A DNA stretch of 64,000 nt from Bacilli bacterium. GTDB taxonomy: Bacteria; Bacillota_I; Bacilli_A; RFN20; CAG-826. A program made the position numbers and the translations under genes. A model generated the notes under the pieces. The model ran no database searches, was not told where the DNA came from, and saw only the letters and a list, made by a program, of their open reading frames with translations. Below, piece by piece: positions 10,451 to 19,929 of the stretch. Where the stretch lies: NCBI GenBank assembly GCA_044372565.1, contig JBILRP010000003.1:5471-69470 (forward strand), written 5' to 3'. Position 1 is the first letter of the stretch. The number at the start of each line of letters is the position of its first letter.

Positions 10451-12120
10451 CCGCGATTCATGATCACTGGGATGATCATGGGATTGCGTTGAGTCTTGAT
10501 AAATAAGTATTTTCCAACGACTTCTTTGATGGTATTTTTGAGTTCAGAAAACGAAATTCGGCTTTTCATCATTAATGATAAACGTTCTTCAAGTTTGCTT
10601 TCTGCGTTCTTAAGCATCTCATTGGAAGATTGAAAGACAAACCCTAGTGCAGTAATCGTGGGTTTGAGTAACAATTGATTATTTTTAGCATCAATGACAA
10701 CAGAAACAGAGACAACGCCATCGTCTGCCAATATCTTACGGTCGCGAATCACAGCGGTGGATAATCCATTGATATCTTTTCCATCAATATAGACGGCTTC
10801 TGCAGGGACTGAAGGTCCACGGGTCACTTGTCTATTTTTTAAAATAAGTGTGTCACCATTTCGGCAAATAAATGAGTTTTGTTTTGGGATGCCAAGGGTT
10901 TCAGCAATTTCTGTATGTAACTTTAACATCCGATATTCTCCATGCATTGGCATAAAGAAATTTGGTTTAAAGAGTTTAAGCATTAAGCGTAATTCTTGGC
11001 GAGCAGGGTGACCGGAAGAGTGGACGTTAAATAAAATTGAATTTGTTAAGACATTAGCACCGGCACGAGTTAATTGATTCACCACTCGATTAATGCTTAA
11101 GCCATTTCCAGGAATTGGGCTAGAAGAAAAGACAACTGTATCTCCTGGTACCACCTTCACTTGACGATGATCACCTTTTGCAATACGTGATAGCGCCGCC
11201 ATCGGTTCTCCTTGAGAACCAGTACAAATGATGACAGTTTCTTCTAAACGTAAGCTGCGAATATCTTCCGATGCAACAATCGAAGAATCTGGAATTTTAA
11301 TATAACCTAACTGTCTAGACATGCTGACAGCATTTTCCATGGATCGCCCAATGATGACGAGTTTCTTTTTGTGAGATACCGCCGCTTCAACAATTTGTTG
11401 AATTCGAGAAATATTACTTGAGAATGTAGAAACAATCAAACGTCCAGGAGCATTTTCAAAAATATCATTGATGGCAGAAATAACACTTCGTTCAGATGGC
11501 GTGTATCCTTCAATTTCGGCATTGGTTGAATCCGAAAGCAATAGATCAACACCTTCAGTTCCTAAACGGGCAATCTTGCCAAGGTTTATTTCAGCACCAA
11601 CGGGCGTTAAGTCAATTTTAAAATCACCGGTGGTGACCACTCGACCTTCGGGTGTGTCCACGCATAGACCAAAACAATCTGGAATCGAGTGTGTCATGCT
11701 AAAGAAAGAAATCTTAAATTCGTTAATGTTGATCACGGTATCTTCGTCATACTCAACAATTTTTACAGGTTCTTTAATTCTTTGATCTTGAAGTTTATGG
11801 CGAATAAAAGCCGCAGCCAATCTAGGTGCATAGATAACAGGAACAAGGACATGTTGAACTAAAAAAGGAATCCCACCAATATGATCTTCATGACCATGGG
11901 TGATGATCAGTGCTCGAAATTTTCGTTGGTTTGTTTTTAGATGGGTGTAATCAGGTATGACATAATCCACACCAGGTAAATCCTCTTCAGGAAAGCGAAC
12001 CCCAGCATCAATCACAATCAATGTTTTTTCAGATTCAACACAATAAGTGTTTTTACCTACTTCACCTAAACCACCGAGCGCAAAAACGGAAACACCACTT
12101 TGACCAGGATTAAACGCCAT
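10447..12120 (-). CDS. rnj: ribonuclease J
   Basis: 557 aa; metallo-beta-lactamase HGHEDHIGG motif, beta-CASP region and C-terminal domain. Confidence 0.9.
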   Translation of the reverse strand: MAFNPGQSGVSVFALGGLGEVGKNTYCVESEKTLIVIDAGVRFPEEDLPGVDYVIPDYTHLKTNQRKFRALIITHGHEDHIGGIPFLVQHVLVPVIYAPRLAAAFIRHKLQDQRIKEPVKIVEYDEDTVININEFKISFFSMTHSIPDCFGLCVDTPEGRVVTTGDFKIDLTPVGAEINLGKIARLGTEGVDLLLSDSTNAEIEGYTPSERSVISAINDIFENAPGRLIVSTFSSNISRIQQIVEAAVSHKKKLVIIGRSMENAVSMSRQLGYIKIPDSSIVASEDIRSLRLEETVIICTGSQGEPMAALSRIAKGDHRQVKVVPGDTVVFSSSPIPGNGLSINRVVNQLTRAGANVLTNSILFNVHSSGHPARQELRLMLKLFKPNFFMPMHGEYRMLKLHTEIAETLGIPKQNSFICRNGDTLILKNRQVTRGPSVPAEAVYIDGKDINGLSTAVIRDRKILADDGVVSVSVVIDAKNNQLLLKPTITALGFVFQSSNEMLKNAESKLEERLSLMMKSRISFSELKNTIKEVVGKYLFIKTQRNPMIIPVIMNRG

Positions 12121-12206
12121 AAAAGACTCCTTTAATTAAATACATGATTATATGCATAGTCTTAATTAAGTTAATTGTATATAAACGTTGTTAATAAGTA
12201 AAGAAA

Positions 12207-12761
12207 TTAAAGTAACTCTGCATTTTGTTTTTCTGTAAACGGATCGGTTTTGTTTAAGTGGTCGTAGAAGAGAACCCCATTCAAGTGGTCGATTTCATGT
12301 TGAAGCACAATGGCATCAAAACCTTCAGCTTCTATTAAAATCTCTTTTTTTTGCAATAGATCGTAAGCTTTGACGGTAATCTTATTTGCACGATAAACGT
12401 AACCAGGAAATTCTTTATCCACTGATAAACAACCTTCACCTGATTGCAGTGCTATTTGTTTTACCGATTGTTTGACAATGATAGGATTAACCAATGCATA
12501 TTCTACCTTTTTTTCTTCCCTTAAGTAACTAATTGCTGTCATCCTTTTGCTAATGCCAATTTGCGGAGCAGCAAGACCTATTCCTTCGCGTATCTTATGT
12601 TTTTCTGCATAAGATTTATCTTGGGATAAATGAACATATTTTAATAAAGATAGCAAAATACTTTCATCTTCATTGGATAAAGGAATGGCAACTGCCATCG
12701 CCCTTTTTCTTAAAGTAGGGTTTGGATCTTGGACAACTTGAAGGCGCTTCATGTTTTTCAC
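12207..12761 (-). CDS. def: peptide deformylase
   Basis: Motifs GIGLAAPQIG, EGCLS, HEIDHLNG. Confidence 0.9.
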   Translation of the reverse strand: MKNMKRLQVVQDPNPTLRKRAMAVAIPLSNEDESILLSLLKYVHLSQDKSYAEKHKIREGIGLAAPQIGISKRMTAISYLREEKKVEYALVNPIIVKQSVKQIALQSGEGCLSVDKEFPGYVYRANKITVKAYDLLQKKEILIEAEGFDAIVLQHEIDHLNGVLFYDHLNKTDPFTEKQNAELL

Positions 12762-12816
12762 TTTATCATAGTTTTAAACGGTTCGTCTAGACGATTGATT
12801 GTGGTAAAGTATCCCT

Positions 12817-13179
12817 ATGAGTTATGCAGAGATTATCACCCTTGCCCAAAACCTTAAGGATTATCTTGAGTCCGATGAACGTGTTTCGTTACTAAACCAA
12901 CTAGACCAAGCATTAAATCAGAATCAAACATTACTTTTGCTTACCGAAACTTACCAGCGAGCTCAAATCAACTATCAATCGATGTGGGAAAGTTTTGGCG
13001 ATGATAGTCCGCAATTGTTAAGAGCGAGAGCAGAACTACACCAAGTGAAGATTCAAGTGGACAGTCATCCGCTTGTCAGAGATTATTTAAAAGCTTATGG
13101 ACAAGTTAGAGAACTTTATTCAAAAATTCAACAAGAAGTGTTTGCTCCTTTTAAGTCTCACCCTCCAGGTTGTGATTAA
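12817..13179 (+). CDS. YlbF/YmcA-like (UPF0342) regulatory protein, putative
   Basis: 120-aa helical protein directly upstream of rsmD-coaD, as ylbF is in Bacillus; similarity judged by eye only. Confidence 0.4.
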   Translation: MSYAEIITLAQNLKDYLESDERVSLLNQLDQALNQNQTLLLLTETYQRAQINYQSMWESFGDDSPQLLRARAELHQVKIQVDSHPLVRDYLKAYGQVRELYSKIQQEVFAPFKSHPPGCD

Positions 13180-13727
13180 TGTTAAGAATTATCGCTGGTC
13201 AGTTTCGTTCTAGAAAACTTGAACAACCGCCTTTTACCATCACCCGAGCCACCAAAGATCGCGTCAGAGAAGGTGTGTTTTCTTCAATCAATCAAAAAAT
13301 AAATGGTGCAGTCGTGTTAGATTTATTTTCAGGATCTGGAGCCTATGCCATTGAGGCATATTCCCGTGGTGCATCAACAATAGTTTTAAATGATCAACAT
13401 CCGATGGCCCAAAGTACCATCAAGAAAAATCTTGATACATTAGGGATAAAAGATGCAACGCTTTTGGATTTGGAAGCGATGGTTTGTTTAGATTTTCTTA
13501 AGGAGAATAAGCAATCCTTTGACATGATATTTTTAGATCCACCTTATACCGATGAACGTTTACAACAAATCATTGTATCGATCATTGATAAGGGACTATT
13601 GAATAGTAAGGGTGTTATTATTACTGAACAAGAAAAGGAAACGGCTTTGTTTCCAAAAGACATTTTCATGGTGAAAGCATATAATTATGGTAGAACTCAT
13701 ATTCAAATTGGATGGAAACAAATATGA
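13179..13727 (+). CDS. rsmD: 16S rRNA (guanine966-N2)-methyltransferase
   Basis: VLDLFSGSGAYAIEAYSRGA SAM-binding motif; DPPY catalytic motif. Confidence 0.85.
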   Translation: MLRIIAGQFRSRKLEQPPFTITRATKDRVREGVFSSINQKINGAVVLDLFSGSGAYAIEAYSRGASTIVLNDQHPMAQSTIKKNLDTLGIKDATLLDLEAMVCLDFLKENKQSFDMIFLDPPYTDERLQQIIVSIIDKGLLNSKGVIITEQEKETALFPKDIFMVKAYNYGRTHIQIGWKQI

Positions 13728-14200
13728 AAATCGCAATTTATCCAGGAAGCTTTGATCCAATTACCAATGGTCATGTTGATATCTTACAAAGAGCATTAAC
13801 CATTTTTGATCATGTCATCCTCTTGTTGGCTGTCAACCCTAATAAACAATCGAGCTACCCAGTCAATGATCGTCTTGCCATGCTTCGAGCAGTAGCCAAT
13901 ACATTTCCCCCTGGAAAAGTTACCGTTGATCATACCAATGGTTTAACCGTTCGATACGCTGAATCCAAAGGGGCTATTGCATTAGTTCGTGGACTAAGAG
14001 CAGTGCCTGATTTCGAATATGAACATGAAATTTACGCTGGTAATCAAATCATCAATTCAAACATTGAAATGGTGTTCTTTATGGCAAAAAATAATCATGC
14101 AATGATTTCCTCTACATTAATTAAACAACTGCATCAAAGTGATGTTAATATATCGGCTCTTGTTCCTAAGGTTGTTTTACCCCTTCTTAAGAAAAAGTAA
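13724..14200 (+). CDS. coaD: phosphopantetheine adenylyltransferase
   Basis: MKIAIYPGSFDPITNGHVDI (T/HxGH nucleotidyltransferase motif); ATG at 13724 chosen over the upstream in-frame start. Confidence 0.9.
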   Translation: MKIAIYPGSFDPITNGHVDILQRALTIFDHVILLLAVNPNKQSSYPVNDRLAMLRAVANTFPPGKVTVDHTNGLTVRYAESKGAIALVRGLRAVPDFEYEHEIYAGNQIINSNIEMVFFMAKNNHAMISSTLIKQLHQSDVNISALVPKVVLPLLKKK

Positions 14201-14202
14201 CA

Positions 14203-14979
14203 TTACTTTAAGTAAATAAATGACACGTGCCTTCCTGTTTTTTGATCGCGATCAAATGAGAAGTAATCCGTTGGATTTGAAAATGTATCGAGATTACTAA
14301 CATGGATGTGATTAGGTTTCAATCCTGCATCTACAAGTTGCATATAATTTAATAGCGGAATATCTAGATAAGAAGTCCCACCTATTGTTTTGATGATTGC
14401 TCCATGATTTGGATTGGCTTTCAAGAGTTCAGCTTTTCGATATTCTGTAATCGGATGATGGGCAAAATCGATGGATGGTCCAAGGTGGGCAATCAATTGA
14501 CCTGGTTGAATGTTGGTTTCTTTGACCAATTGATCAATCGCAAGTTTAGTAATGCCTTTTAAACTTCCAATGGTTCCCGCATGAATAATTGCAATCAAGG
14601 GTAAGGTTGGATGGTATATAAATACTGGAACACAATCGGCATGAAAAACGCCAAGCATTAAATTAGATTGGGTAGTGTATAAAGCATCAGCAACCACACC
14701 TTCTTCATAAGCTTTGCTACCTTTTCCTGCATCCTTTGACGTGACTTTTTTAAGAACCGTTGAGTGGGATTGATTCGTCAAAATCATTTGATTTAGGTTA
14801 ACTTGAATATGTCTTGAGAAATTTTGCCTATTTTTGCGGACGGATTCTACATCATCGCCTGTATGAAAGGCCATATTTAAAGAATCAAAAGGTGGAATAG
14901 AGGTTCCGCCTTGGCGTTTGGTTGTTCCAGCAAGCAAGCGAGTATCGTTAACGGCGTACCATATAAGTTGATCATTCAT
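14203..14979 (-). CDS. pgeF: YfiH/PgeF (DUF152) laccase-domain purine nucleoside enzyme
   Basis: Conserved HADCVPV...HAG region; start uncertain (ATG at 14979 versus TTG at 14997). Confidence 0.8.
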   Translation of the reverse strand: MNDQLIWYAVNDTRLLAGTTKRQGGTSIPPFDSLNMAFHTGDDVESVRKNRQNFSRHIQVNLNQMILTNQSHSTVLKKVTSKDAGKGSKAYEEGVVADALYTTQSNLMLGVFHADCVPVFIYHPTLPLIAIIHAGTIGSLKGITKLAIDQLVKETNIQPGQLIAHLGPSIDFAHHPITEYRKAELLKANPNHGAIIKTIGGTSYLDIPLLNYMQLVDAGLKPNHIHVSNLDTFSNPTDYFSFDRDQKTGRHVSFIYLK

Positions 14980-14993
14980 GATAGGTTCATTAT

Positions 14994-15023
14994 ACAAAAA
15001 AACGCTTCCAGTGAGGAAGCGTT
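14994..15023 (-). terminator. rho-independent terminator downstream of the thioredoxin-like gene (minus strand)
   Basis: Inverted repeat AACGCTTCC-agtga-GGAAGCGTT followed on the minus strand by a T7 run. Confidence 0.55.
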
Positions 15024-15046
15024 TGCTGTTATTGAAAAATTTTAGA

Positions 15047-15835
15047 TTAACTTAGTTCAAATAAGTTACGGTGCATCCAAGCATCAGATAGTGTCACAGC
15101 TTTATCGTAAAAATTAGCACCTGGTACAGAAATAAGTAATTCTGAAATACCTTCTTCTGGACTGTTGCTCGATAAATCATACATGATCACGGTTGGGGTT
15201 GGAATGGAGTTTGATTCTGCACTTTCTAATGTATCAATTTGAACATCGGTTAGTTGATTGTTTACTTTGTAAGGTGAATTTCGAGCAACATCTGCAGTTC
15301 TTTCTAAGAAATCAGTATTTCTTTGTAAAAATCTTTCAAATGGTGTGGTGGTTGTGTCTTCTGGGAAATCGTAGCTTTCATCGGTGAAGATGGTATAAAA
15401 CTTAAAGGTTCCAAATTGTTCTTTAGTGACTTCGCTGATGCTGTCACTTTCCTGAGTGCCATAATAACGAGAGGTGTTTTCGACCAATTCTTTAAGAGCA
15501 GGTTGGGCATCTTTACAAAACTGACAATTAACTTGGACAAACACAACCATGAACTTTTCTCCAAATTCATCTGAGTTATCCATCATTGCGTCGATTAATT
15601 TTTGTGCATCAGAATCTTCTTCACCTTCAAGTTTCTTTTCAAAGTTACGGTAATAACTTTCAGGGCTATTGATGCTTTCAGCAATGCCATTCACCCATTC
15701 AGTGATGGTAGGGATAGAAAAGATGATTGCGAAAATGGAACCAACAATCAACAAAGGTTGTACCCATGCTGTTTCTTTAATCCAATTCCACAGACCACCA
15801 AATATTTTTCCGAAAAACAATCCAATTGGTTTCAT
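15047..15835 (-). CDS. membrane-anchored extracytoplasmic thioredoxin-fold protein (CxxC)
   Basis: N-terminal TM helix; VFVQVNCQFCKDAQPAL thioredoxin-like CxxC and a later PT-turn motif (TPTVIMYD); GGAGG RBS 9 nt before the ATG at 15835. Confidence 0.6.
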   Translation of the reverse strand: MKPIGLFFGKIFGGLWNWIKETAWVQPLLIVGSIFAIIFSIPTITEWVNGIAESINSPESYYRNFEKKLEGEEDSDAQKLIDAMMDNSDEFGEKFMVVFVQVNCQFCKDAQPALKELVENTSRYYGTQESDSISEVTKEQFGTFKFYTIFTDESYDFPEDTTTTPFERFLQRNTDFLERTADVARNSPYKVNNQLTDVQIDTLESAESNSIPTPTVIMYDLSSNSPEEGISELLISVPGANFYDKAVTLSDAWMHRNLFELS

Positions 15836-15972
15836 TTGAAAACCTCCAGCTAATCTCGTATAGCACGTTAAGTTTACCAAAGACTAATGACTACTTCAAT
15901 AAAAATTACTCCCTTAATCTAAAAGGTTTGAAATAAGGTATAATTCTATCGATTTAAAGGTGGATAATCCCA

Positions 15973-16953
15973 ATGCATCATTACTATACACAATTCCAAT
16001 CTTGGCTCTCAAACAAACCTCATTTAAAAAATGTTTTAGAAAATCTTGCCATCTTTCTTGTGTCTGCTCTTTCATCATTCCTTGCCGCGTATGTCTTTCG
16101 CTCGTTTATTGTTCCAGGTGGTGATCCTGTTCCAACCCCATTAATTACGGGTGGTGTCTCCGGTATTGCCCAAATTACCAATCGCTTATTCGATGTCTTA
16201 AATTTATTAAATCAAGTAGAAAACCGAAGTTTACAAGCAATCTTTTATTTAATTTTCAATATCCCAATTTTTATACTCGCCTACACGAAGATCGGTAAAC
16301 GATTTGCTATTTTCTCTTTTATTAATGTTATTACAACCTCATTTTTTATAGAAGTCATCCCTTATGAATGGACACAATTAGTCACCATTTCTGAAGATTT
16401 ATTATCAAGAGCAATCATTGCAGGATTTATTCAAGGTTTTGCTAGCTCTTTAGCATATCTAATGGATATTTCCAGTGGTGGCATGGATGTGATTACCGTA
16501 TATTTTGCTAACGTCAAATCTACATCGGTAGGCAAATATGCCTTTGCTATTAATGGTGTGATTTACTTTTTATTTACCATTCTTTATTTATTAAATACTG
16601 AGTCCATGACTGGGGCATTGAATGCGGTTATTTTCTCAGTGATCTATTCATTTACAACTTCTCAAGTGGTTGATGCCATTAACATTAGAAATAAGAAAAC
16701 CCAATTACAAATTGTCACATCAAGAACGGATTTACCTAAAATTTTGATGGAAAAGTTCTTCCATGGGTGCACCGTGGTGCAAGCAAAAGGCGGCTACACC
16801 AATTCAGTAAAATATATTGTTTACATGGTTGTATCTAGTAGAGAAGTGCCAAGCGTGGTTAAACATATTCGAACGGTTGATCCGGAATCTTTTATCGATG
16901 AATCGCCGTCCCATCAAGTCTATGGGAAGTTTTTCATCAAACCAATCAAGTAA
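15973..16953 (+). CDS. YitT-family membrane protein (DUF161/DUF2179)
   Basis: 326 aa polytopic protein with the glycine-rich GGxSG region typical of YitT and a C-terminal DUF2179-like soluble domain. Confidence 0.8.
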   Translation: MHHYYTQFQSWLSNKPHLKNVLENLAIFLVSALSSFLAAYVFRSFIVPGGDPVPTPLITGGVSGIAQITNRLFDVLNLLNQVENRSLQAIFYLIFNIPIFILAYTKIGKRFAIFSFINVITTSFFIEVIPYEWTQLVTISEDLLSRAIIAGFIQGFASSLAYLMDISSGGMDVITVYFANVKSTSVGKYAFAINGVIYFLFTILYLLNTESMTGALNAVIFSVIYSFTTSQVVDAINIRNKKTQLQIVTSRTDLPKILMEKFFHGCTVVQAKGGYTNSVKYIVYMVVSSREVPSVVKHIRTVDPESFIDESPSHQVYGKFFIKPIK

Positions 16954-17979
16954 TTATCGGTATTCGGAAAGAACGTTAGATAGCAAGGTGGGTCGATCGG
17001 TCATAATTCCATCAACTCCTTTTTCAATAAGACTTCGCATGGTTTCTTCGTCATTGATTGTCCAATAGTGGACAGCAATGTTGTGCATATGGGCTGTATT
17101 GATCAATAGATTGGTTGTCAAAGAAAGACCAAGTTGCTCTGTTGGAAGTTGAAAAACGGCAATAGGTTGACGATAAAAAACGCTCATAAGTGTTGTTTGT
17201 AAAATAAAAAAACTAAGAACCCCATTAAATTCTGGTGAGAACATGAGTTGCGGGTGTGAAGTTTTTTGTAATGATTCCATGGATTGGAAAACTTCTTCGT
17301 GAAAAGTAGCAAGAACGATACGTTGATAAGTTTGATGAGTTGTGTTCAATTCATCCATAATCTCAATCACTTTCTCTAATGCTAACAAACCGACCTCTCC
17401 AGTTTGTTTGATCTCGACGTTGATTAAATTATTGGGAAAAAGAGTAATTAACTCCTCTAAAGTAGTGACTAAAAACTTGGTTGGATGTCGTGGGCTAATC
17501 CCTTGTGGATAAGTCACATCTTCCGGAGTCACCTCTTCATTGGCATAGTTTTTATACTTAAAGAATTCGCCGCTTGTGTTGTAACCATTCGCTCCAGAGA
17601 TATTGTTTTGATAACCAAAGTCCACTTCATTGGCAACAAGGTCGGAATAATTCGTATTGATAACATCAGCATTGATGAGGTTAGTTTTTTGATCTAAACT
17701 ACGGTCGTGAGAAAGAATAACGACCCCATCTTGAGTAAGGTTAACATCAGTTTCTAACATGACATTTTCATCAATGCTAAAAGCATGATAATAAGCTTCT
17801 AAAGTGTTATCAGGAAACTCTAAATTACCACCACCGTGAGCAATGATCAGAGGTAAATCACCATTCTCAACCCGAAGTGGATTTGAACCCTGAAAATTTT
17901 GTGGTCTAGGGAAAAGTGCGATTAAACCATAAACAATAAGAATACTTAGGAAGATTTGTCTTTTTTTGATTTTTTTCAT
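16954..17979 (-). CDS. glycerophosphodiester phosphodiesterase family protein, secreted or membrane-anchored
   Basis: N-terminal signal/TM; IIAHGGG..EFPDNTLEAY and ILSHD GDPD motifs. Confidence 0.8.
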   Translation of the reverse strand: MKKIKKRQIFLSILIVYGLIALFPRPQNFQGSNPLRVENGDLPLIIAHGGGNLEFPDNTLEAYYHAFSIDENVMLETDVNLTQDGVVILSHDRSLDQKTNLINADVINTNYSDLVANEVDFGYQNNISGANGYNTSGEFFKYKNYANEEVTPEDVTYPQGISPRHPTKFLVTTLEELITLFPNNLINVEIKQTGEVGLLALEKVIEIMDELNTTHQTYQRIVLATFHEEVFQSMESLQKTSHPQLMFSPEFNGVLSFFILQTTLMSVFYRQPIAVFQLPTEQLGLSLTTNLLINTAHMHNIAVHYWTINDEETMRSLIEKGVDGIMTDRPTLLSNVLSEYR

Positions 17980-17989
17980 ATTTTTTTCT

Positions 17990-18080
17990 TGGCGGAGAAA
18001 GAGGGATTTGAACCCCCGCGAGACTTGCGCCTCCTATCAGTTTTCGAAACTGACCCCTTCAGCCACTTGGGTATTTCTCC
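17990..18080 (-). tRNA. tRNA-Ser (anticodon CGA)
   Basis: Type II tRNA: acceptor GGAGAAA/TTTCTCC, anticodon stem TCAGT/ACTGA with loop TTCGAAA, long variable arm, encoded CCA; ends 10 nt upstream of the GDPD start. Confidence 0.85.
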
Positions 18081-18129
18081 TTGTCAGCAATTATACACGA
18101 ATTAACTTGCGATTTCATCGTCGATTAGT

Positions 18130-19929
18130 ATGCATATATTGATATTGTTAGTGATGATTCTAAAAGGTATAATTTTAGAGATGCAATGGTTTGAATTTCC
18201 TTGGTTAACGACTCTTGAAAATCCATTATTGATTTTTATAATCGGTATTGTATTAATGGTTATTTTTTTAATCATTTTAATTACGTATTTAAGCTTTCTT
18301 GCCCAGCAAAGAAAGCACCAAGTTGCAATCAAACAACGCATTCATCATTACTTGGTTTATCGAATCAATCTTAAACTCGATGTAGTCTATGAATTTAACC
18401 CCAAATATCCTGGACATGATAAGTTAATTCCCGTCAGCCAATTTTTAAAAAAGTTCCAACCCTCTGATGCAGAAAAAATATATCAATGGTGGGAAAAATT
18501 ACTCCAGTCAAAACTTGATACGCCTTGGATCCTGACCACGAAGTCCATGAAGAAAAAGCAAGATAGCCACAGGCAATTAATTTTTGAAATTATCAAAATA
18601 GATGAAGCTAAACAAACGATTCATTTTCATCAATATGGTTTGAAATATTTAAAACCCAATCCTAAAAAATTAGCGACAAAACAACTTGTGATTAGTTCAC
18701 AGCAAGCATTTGATATTGTTAAAAAATTACCAGTTAAACAAGGAGCTTTTATTTCCATTTTTATGATGTTTCCGCGTGCTGGATTAGATGAGCAATTTAA
18801 GTATTTTTATTTGTCTCAATGTAAAGAAAAACTTATTCCTTATTTGTCATCTCAATTATTGTTAATTGATACTGCAAACGATATTTTAGTCTTGGCAACA
18901 AAGTCTCTTGAATCTCATGAGTATATGCAAATCGCTCAAAGTTTGTATCGCGTTATTTCTCAATATGTAGAGGTAAATGCATTAGAATCATTGATTAAAT
19001 TTAATTTAGCCATTATTGAACACAAACATTTCCCTAATGATCTAGGAACTTTACGTCGTAAAAGTAAGGAACTTAATCAACTTATGATGAAGAAAAAACT
19101 TAACGTGTTGGCTTATGAAAAACATCAACCTGTCGCTCAAACGTTAGAAAAAAATGAGACGCTATTTGCTGATGATTTTTATCGCCAACTCAAATTTAAC
19201 TTTCTTTACCGCCCTCTTGTTAATCAACCCGATATTGACGTCGTGGGGCAACAAATTATCATTCAACCCCAAACGCCCTCTACTTTAAATACATTTGAAT
19301 TACTGAAAGAAGTGCCCATCATGATGGAATATACGAAAGAATTCTATCGTCGATATTTCTCACTCATTCAACAATCATTGAACCTTCAACAAGGTATTTT
19401 ACTTACACCCTTTTCTTTAACCATGAAATTACAAGAGTTACTACCTGAAATAAAGAATCTTACCTCAGCTTCCCAGTTGGTGGTTTTACTTGATGAAAGT
19501 GAAATCAATGAAATTGCTACCACAGAAATATCCCTTAAAACTTGGGCTGACCCATTAAAAAGAATGGGCGTTCATTTTGCAATTACCATTGATAATATGA
19601 CCCCCAATATGGAAGATCCTATCTATCAGTTTTTTGACTACTTGGTCATCGACTATAAACGAATGATTAATATTGAAAACAATCAAAAGACATCCATTCA
19701 ACTTAAATCAATCTTTCAGAACTACAGTCGATTTGAAAAGCCTTTTGTTGTGGTTGATATGCTTTCAGAGGCAAGTCTAGAATTGTTACCATTAAAGCAT
19801 GTTAAAATTCTAAGTGCTGATTGGATCATGGGTTATCAAACCAAAGCTGATCAGTTAACAAAAAGGCAAGTTAGTAAAATCAAGAATCTTATTAACAAAC
19901 AGGAGCAGTATCATGGAAAAACAAATTAA
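18130..19929 (+). CDS. membrane protein with a C-terminal degenerate EAL-like domain
   Basis: Two N-terminal TM helices; C-terminal about 250 aa aligns by eye to EAL landmarks: LYRPLVN (YQPIV), QII in place of EAL, ITIDNM (DDFGTG), DYLVIDYKRMI (LKIDRSF), and a terminal ...KILSADWIMGY (QGYLF) segment. Confidence 0.55.
   Translation: MHILILLVMILKGIILEMQWFEFPWLTTLENPLLIFIIGIVLMVIFLIILITYLSFLAQQRKHQVAIKQRIHHYLVYRINLKLDVVYEFNPKYPGHDKLIPVSQFLKKFQPSDAEKIYQWWEKLLQSKLDTPWILTTKSMKKKQDSHRQLIFEIIKIDEAKQTIHFHQYGLKYLKPNPKKLATKQLVISSQQAFDIVKKLPVKQGAFISIFMMFPRAGLDEQFKYFYLSQCKEKLIPYLSSQLLLIDTANDILVLATKSLESHEYMQIAQSLYRVISQYVEVNALESLIKFNLAIIEHKHFPNDLGTLRRKSKELNQLMMKKKLNVLAYEKHQPVAQTLEKNETLFADDFYRQLKFNFLYRPLVNQPDIDVVGQQIIIQPQTPSTLNTFELLKEVPIMMEYTKEFYRRYFSLIQQSLNLQQGILLTPFSLTMKLQELLPEIKNLTSASQLVVLLDESEINEIATTEISLKTWADPLKRMGVHFAITIDNMTPNMEDPIYQFFDYLVIDYKRMINIENNQKTSIQLKSIFQNYSRFEKPFVVVDMLSEASLELLPLKHVKILSADWIMGYQTKADQLTKRQVSKIKNLINKQEQYHGKTN

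Noticed and set aside
18102-18341. 79-aa minus-strand ORF covering the EAL-like gene start and the tRNA-Ser(CGA) promoter region
   Set aside because: It is low-complexity (Ile/Asn-rich) antisense to a membrane-helix-coding region, typical of AT-rich antisense artefacts.
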